A stretch of DNA of 39,169 bases. It comes from a virus (taxonomy: Duplodnaviria; Caudoviricetes). The stretch lies in the IMG/VR virus record IMGVR_UViG_3300012953_000076, positions 1-39,169 of that record; one strand, given 5' to 3'. Under the pieces are notes generated by a model that searched no databases, was not told where the DNA came from, and worked only from the letters and a program-made list of their open reading frames with translations. This document shows, in pieces, positions 19,596-28,500 of the stretch (positions within the stretch are counted from its first letter, which is position 1; each line of letters starts with the position of its first letter). A program made the translations under genes and the position numbers.

Positions 19596-19934
19596 ATGCT
19601 AGCTGCGGTAACCAATTTAATTGCTTATCAGGGTGCTGATTTCACAAACACTTTCTATGTAACCAATGATAACGGATCAAGTTTCGACTTATCTGGATTC
19701 TCGGCTGCAGGAAAGATAAAGAAGCACTATACAAGTAACACATCAGTAGATTTCGGGGTACTAATTGTACCACCGTCAACTTCTGGTGCTATTACCATTT
19801 CTTTAGGAAATGGTGTCACAGCAGCAATGACCCCTGGTAAATACGTCTATGACGTAGTGGTAACATCATCTCAGAATGTTAAATCCAGAATTCTGGAAGG
19901 TGTGATAACTATAGTAGAAGGAGTAACTGTATGA
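19596..19934 (+). CDS. Small virion structural/adaptor protein, probable beta-sandwich (112 aa)
   Basis: NL---QGADF...DLSGF-A-GKIKKHY...G-ITISL----TAAM-PGKYVYDVVV...RILEG-ITI--GVT pattern seen in myophage tail modules. Has a late promoter and an SD. Confidence 0.8.
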   Translation: MLAAVTNLIAYQGADFTNTFYVTNDNGSSFDLSGFSAAGKIKKHYTSNTSVDFGVLIVPPSTSGAITISLGNGVTAAMTPGKYVYDVVVTSSQNVKSRILEGVITIVEGVTV

Positions 19935-20140
19935 CCAGGGTAAGATTTGGGGATCAAGTATCTCCACAAGTGTCTAGAATTGCTATAGGTGGGGCAGCAA
20001 CGCTGCAAAACCTAGCAGACGTTGATACAAGCACAGTGGGGCTTGCAGATGGTTATGTTTTGGTATATGACTCATCGAGTCAGAAATTTCAAACAACAAA
20101 TGTTCTCAATAGCGTAACAGTAAACGGAGGTAGCTTCTGA
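19931..20140 (+). CDS. Small fibre-associated hypothetical protein (69 aa) ending in NGGSF
   Basis: ATGA overlap with the upstream gene and an AAGGAG SD. L--LADVD-----DGYVLVYD----KF motif typical of phage fibre repeats. Confidence 0.78.
   Translation: MTRVRFGDQVSPQVSRIAIGGAATLQNLADVDTSTVGLADGYVLVYDSSSQKFQTTNVLNSVTVNGGSF
20126..20131 (+). promoter_or_regulatory. Shine-Dalgarno GGAGGT for the 738-aa gene
   Basis: GGAGGT ends 8 nt before the ATG at 20140. Confidence 0.7.
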
Positions 20141-22356
20141 TGGCATCAACCATCCTAGTAAAAAGAAGTACGGGAACAACTGTACCAGGTTCACTGGAGT
20201 TCGGTGAAATTGCATTAACAGTTGGAACTGGTACTCAGGTTAACCGAGGAGATAGAATCTTCATCGGTGACAATAACACCACAGTTCAAGTAATTGGAGG
20301 TAAGTACTTCACAGACATGCTAGATCATGTCCATGGAACTCTTACTGCAAATTCTGGAGTTATTGTTGATAACAATAGTAAAGTAGATAGATTTAGAATA
20401 GACGATATTAATATAGACGGTAATGTAGTTGAAACTGATACTACAGACCAAGATATGATCTTTCGTGCAAATGGCACAGGTAAGATTGTAGTAGAAGACA
20501 GTCAAGAAGTTGAATTTGGTACTACTGGAGATATCGAATTTAAATTTGATGAAGTAGCAAACGTTCTAAGATTAGATCGAGTTGGTGCTAACACACCTGA
20601 ATTACGACTTCAAGATGATCTTAAGATTCAGTTTGGTTCAGATGGAGACGGTGGTATAAGATATGATGAAGCATCTATTGATAAAGTAAGAGTTGAAGGT
20701 GCTAGCTGGCAATATGATAATGGAGTTACTGTTCAGTTTAGTGATCTAACTGATGCATCTAATAGGACTACTGCTTCTATAATGCTTGCTGGTGGTTTAG
20801 CTGTTGATAAAATTGCATGGATTAAGGAACTTAAAGTTGATGATGATGCTGCTATTGGTACATCAAACACAGACCAATTAACTGTTGAATCTACAACAAC
20901 ATTTAATGCTGCTGTTAACTTCAACGGAACTAACACATATGGTGGTACTACTAGTATCACAGGTCAATTTAACGTTGACAACCTTAGATTAGATGGTAAT
21001 ACCATTTCTACAACTTCTGGATCACAAATAATATTAGATCCAGACCCAGTTAATGGTGATGCTGCAGGAGATCTTGTTGTTAGGGGTAACCTTCAAGTTG
21101 CTGGTACAACAACTACTGTTAACTCTACTCAGATGACAGTAAATGATCCTGTGTTTAACATAGGTGATACTACTTCGGAGAAAGCGGTAACAGCAACAGC
21201 AATATCAAATAGTAGTACTGTTAATATTGATAATCCTTCAGGGATTGCTACTGGTGGATTAGTAACTGGAACTAATGTTGGTAGTGGTGGTAGAACAATT
21301 AGTAGTATGGATGTAGTATTCCATGCTGCTGGATTTAGTAGTGCTCCAACTGCTGGAGATAACATATATCACAAGAGAGGTGGTGTATATGAACTATTAG
21401 GTACTTTTGTTTCACAAACAGGATCTACAGTTAGAATTACACTTGCTGCTGCTCTTTCTCTTAGAGAAACAGCATTCTATGAGACCAATGAGTTAACTGA
21501 TGGAAACTCTGGTACACCTCAGGCAGTAACAATCAATAAGGATGCTACTGACCAAACATGTTTTGAGACAACAGTTCTTACATTAAACGCTGGTATATCT
21601 GCTCAGTTAGATATAGGTGATTTTGTCACTATTACACAGGGTTCTAATGATGGAATGGATCGTGGTATCCAATATTCTTATCATAATGGATCTGCAATCA
21701 AGCATGGATTCTTTGGTTTCGATAGAACTGCAGGTAAGGATGGTTCTGGTGCATTTACTTTCATAGAAGATGCAACAAATACTAATAACATCTTTACTCA
21801 TACATTTGGTGCAATTCAAAGTGTAGCAAAGGAGAAAGATGATAAAGATTATGAAAGTGGTACAACAATTGCTGGACAAGCATCTCAGACATATACAGGT
21901 TTATCTGCCTCTGGTGGACAAGGATCTGGGGTAGAATTTACCATTGGAAGGGATGGTTCTGGTATTATAACTACTATAACTATAACCACTAATGGTACAT
22001 ATTATGAAGAAGGTGATTTATTAACTATTCTTGGTAACGCAATAGGTGGTTCTGCAGGAACTGATGACTTATTGTTAAGAGTTACTGCAATAGGTGCAAA
22101 TAGAGGAACCGTTGTTCTTGGTGAACTAGAACTAGATACTGACTTAAGAGTTGAGTATGGTGGTACTGGTAGATCTGAATTCAATACAAATGGTATTCTT
22201 TATGGTAATGGCACTAGTGAATTACTAGAAACTGCTGCTGCCAACATGAGCAATCCAGGTATTACTCCTGATGTTGCCACTTCATATCAACTATTAACAG
22301 TTACCTCTGGTGGTGTGCCTGTTTGGTCAGACACGCTTGATGGAGGTACGTTCTGA
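20140..22356 (+). CDS. Putative tail fibre / virion structural protein (738 aa)
   Basis: N-terminal I-VKRS-----P--L--GEIAL fibre-attachment motif, VDNLRLDGNTIST and GNLQVAGTTTTVNST trimeric-fibre motifs, DRGIQY-YH, and C-terminal V-YGGTG...DTLDGGTF. Confidence 0.78.
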   Translation: MASTILVKRSTGTTVPGSLEFGEIALTVGTGTQVNRGDRIFIGDNNTTVQVIGGKYFTDMLDHVHGTLTANSGVIVDNNSKVDRFRIDDINIDGNVVETDTTDQDMIFRANGTGKIVVEDSQEVEFGTTGDIEFKFDEVANVLRLDRVGANTPELRLQDDLKIQFGSDGDGGIRYDEASIDKVRVEGASWQYDNGVTVQFSDLTDASNRTTASIMLAGGLAVDKIAWIKELKVDDDAAIGTSNTDQLTVESTTTFNAAVNFNGTNTYGGTTSITGQFNVDNLRLDGNTISTTSGSQIILDPDPVNGDAAGDLVVRGNLQVAGTTTTVNSTQMTVNDPVFNIGDTTSEKAVTATAISNSSTVNIDNPSGIATGGLVTGTNVGSGGRTISSMDVVFHAAGFSSAPTAGDNIYHKRGGVYELLGTFVSQTGSTVRITLAAALSLRETAFYETNELTDGNSGTPQAVTINKDATDQTCFETTVLTLNAGISAQLDIGDFVTITQGSNDGMDRGIQYSYHNGSAIKHGFFGFDRTAGKDGSGAFTFIEDATNTNNIFTHTFGAIQSVAKEKDDKDYESGTTIAGQASQTYTGLSASGGQGSGVEFTIGRDGSGIITTITITTNGTYYEEGDLLTILGNAIGGSAGTDDLLLRVTAIGANRGTVVLGELELDTDLRVEYGGTGRSEFNTNGILYGNGTSELLETAAANMSNPGITPDVATSYQLLTVTSGGVPVWSDTLDGGTF

Positions 22357-22366
22357 TTTTAAACCC

Positions 22367-22561
22367 ATGAATGATATAGACATTAATTCTTTAATTCAAA
22401 TACTTCAAAAGAAGGTTTCTGATTTGACTTTAACAAATATCGTATTAGAAGCGAAAATAAAGGATTTAACCAATCGGTTAAATAGTAACATAGAAAATCC
22501 CCAACAAGAGAATGCTGTAAATGGCAACGAGAATTCAGCCAAAGAGGTCAACGACACCTAA
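22367..22561 (+). CDS. Small coiled-coil hypothetical protein (64 aa; start revised from 22310)
   Basis: In-frame ATG at 22367, 10 nt after the upstream stop, gives MNDIDINSLIQILQKKVSDLTLTNIVLEAKIKDLTNRL with heptad periodicity and avoids a 47-nt overlap. Confidence 0.7.
   Translation: MNDIDINSLIQILQKKVSDLTLTNIVLEAKIKDLTNRLNSNIENPQQENAVNGNENSAKEVNDT
22478..22484 (+). promoter_or_regulatory. Possible variant late promoter TTAAATA
   Basis: TAAATA core ending 36 nt upstream of the ATG at 22521. Imperfect consensus, so it could be chance in AT-rich DNA. Confidence 0.35.
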
Positions 22562-25500
22562 CTCTAAACCGCTAGTAGCGGATCTTAGAGATAAAGAAAT
22601 TGCCTTAAATATTCCTGATCGTAAGTTATTCATTAATAATAATGGTACGGTTGAGGAATTACTTAATGGTGTACCTAATGACGAAACTATTACTACATCA
22701 ATGTTCTCATCGAACATTACAGATGGTGTTGGTAAAACATGGTTCGTTTCAACAAATGGTACAGATAAAGCAACAGTGGGTGGTAACAACCCATTAAATA
22801 CTGCTGCACAAAACTCAAATCAATGGGGTGCTACGGGGAGTACACCATTCAGAACTTTAAAATATGCTTTAGATAACTATGCACAGTCAGGGGATACTGT
22901 CATTGTTACTGCTGGTGAATACGAAGAGACCTTTCCTTTATCAATACCTGCTGGAGTAGCGATTAGAGGTGGTGGACAAAAGAATACATTCATTAAACCA
23001 AGTACAGGAACTAATCTATTAGATGCTTTCTGGATAATTGGCGATTGTATGATTGAGGATATTACTATTAAAGATTATTTCTATGATAGTGGTAATGATA
23101 CAGGATATGCATTTAGGTTAAAGAGTGGTTATTCAATAACAACAGAAGGAAGAAGACCATATATTAAGGGTGTTAGTATAATAACAAAAGGTAGTGTTAC
23201 TAGTGCAAGTGACCCTCGTGGATTTAACCAAGGTGATGCTGGTAGAGGTGCATTAATTGATGGATCAGTAGTAGCTACAACATCTTCAGAAGCTGTTATA
23301 TTATTCAATGAGTGTACTTTTGTACTACCTAATTCTAGAGGTTTATATCTTAAAAATGGTGCAAGAGCAGAGTGGTTAAACTCATTTACTTATTTTGCAC
23401 AAGATAGTATTGTTGGAGAGAACCCAGGTGGTTCAGGATTTGCTGGACAGGGTAAAACAAGATTAAAACTTAATGGTGTTACAGGAACATTCAATGCTAC
23501 TGACACTATAGAGCTTAGAAATGCTGCAAATACTGTAATAGCAAGTGGTACTATTGATTCAAATGATGGTACTTATATAAAAATATCTGGTCAAGGTACT
23601 GGAGAATTCGTAGAAGCTGCTGCAAGCACAGATGGTAAATCAATCACAGTACAAGGTGATGCTCAGTTATCTACAACACAAAAGAAATTTGGTACTGCAT
23701 CTGTCTTATTGGATGGAACAGGAGATTATTTAGAATTAGCAACATCGTCTGATTTCGGTTTTGGAACAGGTGATTTTGCTATAGAAGCATTTGTATATCC
23801 AACTACCATTGCTGCTGGAAAGATATTTGACTTTAGAACAGCAAGTCCAGAGGTAGCAGCATTGATTGATATGGATGGTAGTGGTACTGTCCAACTTAAT
23901 GTAAATGGATCTAATGTTATTAGTGGTGGTACTTTAACTGCAAATAGCTGGTTTCATATTGCAGTTTCTAGAGTAAGTGGAACTACTAGTTTATTTGTTA
24001 ATGGAACAAGAGTAGGAGCTGCATATACTGATTCAAATAACTATGGAAATACAAAACCATTAAAAATTGGTGCTAACTTAAATGGTGCTGATGCATTTAC
24101 TGGTTATATTGATGAGATACGAGTTTCTAAAGGACAAGCAAGATATGCTAATGCTGCTTCTATAACTGTTCCTACTGCAGAATTTACACCTGATGTTAAT
24201 ACATCACTTCTTATACATGCTAATGGATTAAGTGGTAGTACTGAAATACTTGATGGTGGTATTACATCTCAAAATATTCAATCATCTAGTGGTGGTGCTG
24301 CACAGTTTATTACTCTTGCTGATTATACAGATTTTGGTGGAGAATTACGTTCTATAGGTTCTGCTTCAGTATATGGTACAAGAGGTATAACTGCTGATGG
24401 TAAGGGTGTTAGATTAAGATGTAGTGTTCATAATTTTGGATATGTTGGTTTAGGTGCTGATCAAAGTAATGATATTAGTAATGTACTTCAAGCAAATGAA
24501 GTTATTGAACAGAATGGTGGTAGAGCACTATTCACCAGTATGGATCAGAATGGTGACTTCCGTGTTGGTAATGCATTCTTTGTAGACCAAGAAAGAGGTA
24601 CTGTTTCATTCGCTGGTGGAGATTCAGGTGGTACTACTTTTGACCAATTAACTGTTAGTGGTTCTGGTAATACTACAACTATTTTACCTACACAAATTAC
24701 AGTAGGTAATTTAGGATTCTCTGGTGATCAAATTATTAACAATACTACTAATGGTATTGAATTTGGATCAACATTAGAGTTATTAGATGGTGATTCTGCA
24801 GATCCATCACTGACCTTCATTAACGATAATAGTTCAGGAATCTTTAGGGATAATGATTACACTGAATATACAATTAATGATGCAAATGAAGAAACTACAA
24901 CAGTAATAGGTAAACCATGGGCACTTGGATTTAATGATTCAAGAAAACTACAAATTGGTAGAATTAACTGGTCTCTTGTAAATTTAGCTGTTGCTGCTTC
25001 AAATATTGGTACTATTACTAATGTTTCTCTTGGTACTAACTATTCTCCAGGTCAACATTCATCTCCAGTTACTGGTGGTGCTGGTACAGGAGCAACTTTA
25101 AATTATGAAATCTGGCCATTCACTGTAAATATAACCAACGTTGGTAGTGGATATACTCCAGGTCAAACACAACAAGAAGCTATTCAAAATACTTCAGGTA
25201 ATGGAAATGGTGGTAGTATTGATGTAGAAGTACATGGTATTGAAACTGCAACTCTTGCTGGAGGTAGTGGTTATTATACTGGTGATCTAGGAAATGGACA
25301 TACATTTGGTAATATTCCATTCCAAGGTGGAAGTGGAACAAACGGTGCTGCTAGTTTAGAAGTTGATGCTAATGGTAATATTGTAACTGTAACTATCACA
25401 CAGCATGGAACAGGTTATAATAATGGAGAAGTACTTACTGTTAATAATAGCGATTTAATATACACAAATAACCAAGGTGGAGAATCAACCTCTGGTGGTG

Positions 25501-28500
25501 CAGGATTTAGTTGGACTTTAACAGCACAACCAGGATCTGTAAAAGCAATCACACCTGTGATGAACCCATGGGATGGTCAATTCTATAGAGTTAATGATGT
25601 AATAACATTTAATGATAGTATTTCTACTGGTTCTAACTTTAGTGCAACTGTAAATGCTGTAGGTATTCCTCAAACTGCTACTTTAGGTTCTGCAGGAGAA
25701 GGATATAACGTTGGTGATAGATTAAACCCTACATTTGTTATTGATACTGCTGATCCTGTTGGTGGAGGATCATGGAATGAACAAGCAGATGGTATTTTCA
25801 ATTATATTACTTACAATCTTAAAGTAGACGCTGGTACTACTCATGGTGGTAATAGTTACTTTATTGATAAGTTAGATGGAAATGGCTGGGTAGAGCATCC
25901 AGATTTAACTCTTGAACGTGGTTATGCATATTCATTTGTATTCACAGATGGAAATGCTATGGCACATCCATTCCATTGGTCAACAACTGAAGATGGAACA
26001 CATGGTGGTGGTACTAGATACGAAACAAATATTAGAAAGCATTGGGATTCTAATGGTGTAGAAGATGGATCACAGATATTTGTAACTGACGTTACTCCAG
26101 CTACTCTTCATTATTATTGTGAACAGCACCCAAATATGGGTGGTCCTAGTGGTCAAAGAAATCAGACAACCATGTCTGGTACATGGGGAACTGGATTAGC
26201 AGTAGATGTTGCTACTCTTTCTAGAAATAAGAAGGTTGAAATATTCACAGATGGTACTGCAAAATATGATGGAAGAATAACCAGTGCAGGTCTTACTGCA
26301 ACACAGAATGTTCAGATAGAATCTGGTGGAAATTTAGTAACAATTCCAGCTGCTGGTCCTGTTGGTGGTGATATAACCTGTGGAGGTAACCTCACAGTTG
26401 CTGGTAATGCCACTGTAGACGGTGATTTACTCATTAAAGGTACTTCAGAGTTCTCTGCTACTGTAGGGGGTGCTGGAGAGGTTGCTATAGGTGATGTAAA
26501 CGCTGATACAGTTAATATTAAAGGTGACGTATTATTCAATCCAGTATATGGAACAGCAGTACCTCCTGCAACAGTTGGTCCTTTAACATCTGCACAATTA
26601 TTCTTAGATTATAGTGAAGCAAAATTTGGTTTCTTTGAATTTGAACCAAAGTCAGAAGTTGATATAACAGGTCGTCTTCATAATACGGCTGATGCATTCT
26701 TAGCATCTACTGGTGGAGAAACATTACATGTAGGTAGAGATCAAGAAACATATACAGCTAATCCAGGAATTACACTTGATGTTGCAGGAGATCAAAATTT
26801 AACTGGTCATATTATTGTTCAGGATGGAAGTGATATTGACCCATCAATAAGATTTACATCATCTGCCTCAGCTATTAATCCTCCTGGAATATTTGCAAAT
26901 CCTCTTACTGGTGCTAGTTATGGAACAGCATTTACAAATGAATCTGGTAAGATACTTGAAGTAAATCCAGGTGAAGTTAAATTCTATAGAAATGCTGATT
27001 TTGTCTTTGATAAGATTGGAGATACAGTACTCACCAATGGTTCTGGATATGTAAATGGACAGTATGCAAATATCTCATTAACAGGTGGTAGTGGTGGAGG
27101 ATTAAAAGCAGATCTTACTGTTGGATTTGGTGTTGATATTACTACAGCAGGTGCTGGATATAGTGATGCTGAATATGCCAACGTAAATATTACTTCAGTA
27201 TCGAGTGTTGCTGCAGGTGCAATACAAACATTTGGAATCACTAATGGTGGTGCTGACTATGTTAACGGAACTTATACTGCTGTACCTATAACTGGTGGTA
27301 ATGGAACTAGTGCAACTGCAGACATTACAATTTCTGGTGGAGGAGTAATAAGTATTGTTCCAAATAATACAGGAAGTAATTATCAAGCAGCAGATGCAGT
27401 AACAATATCAGCAGCTGATGTTGGTGGAAGTAAACTTTCTTCTGTTACTATTGGAACAGCTGGTACTGGATATACTGATGGAACTTATTTAAATGTTCCT
27501 ATACTTACTTCTAGTGGATCTGGAAGTGGTGCTAAAGCAAACATGACTGTTTCTGGTGGTGCTGTAACGGTATGTACAATAGCAAATGATCAGGGTGGTG
27601 GTTATACTTTATCTGACACGCTGACAGTAGATGGAGACGAACTTACTGTTGCAGTAGCAAATAATGGTACTATAACTGCTGCAGGAAATAATTATGCAAA
27701 TGGTTCATATACTGGCGTAGTAACCACAATGACCAATACCAGAGATGGTCTTGCAGGTAATGGATTAACTCTTGATGTTGTCGTTAGTGGAAATCAAGTA
27801 ACAGGTGCAACTATAAATGCTGGTGGTACTAACTATCAAGTTAATGATACTCTAGCCGTTGATAGTGGAAATATCGGAGGAACTGGGGCAGGTATTATTA
27901 ATACAGTTAATATTACTAATGCTGGAACTGGATATACTGATGGGGTTTATCCTGGAGTTGCACTTACTGGTGGAACTGGAAGCAATGCAACTGCTGAAGT
28001 AACAATTAATGGTGGAGCAGTAGATGTAATAACCATTACCAATGGTGGTAGTGGATATTCTTCTAGTGATAACTTAGGACTTACTGGATATGCTGGAGCA
28101 CAATTAACCGTTACTGCTTTGGTATCACCTAGTGGATTTGAATTTACAGTTAGTGCAATTACTGTTGGTAGTGGAGTTGTTCTTACACCTAGTAATGTTA
28201 TTACTGGTGCTGGTTCAGTATTATCTGTTGCTACAGTTTCTACAGGTACTGGTGGATCTAATGGTACAGCAAATATTACAGTTATTAGCGGTGCTGTAAC
28301 TGCTGTAGCAATTTCAGATGCTGGTACAGGATATTCTATTGGTGATACAATCAGGGTCAATGATGCTGATATGGAATATGATGATGGTGCTGGAAATATA
28401 GTCACCTCAGCTACTCCAACACAACAAATGTTACTCACCATTGATACATTAGGTGAAGTAACAATTGCTACAATCTCAGACGAGGGAGAAGGATATAAAG

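Noticed and set aside
22310-22366. Longer 83-aa version of the small coiled-coil ORF
   Set aside because: It overlaps the conserved C-terminus of the 738-aa gene by 47 nt; ATG 22367 is more parsimonious.
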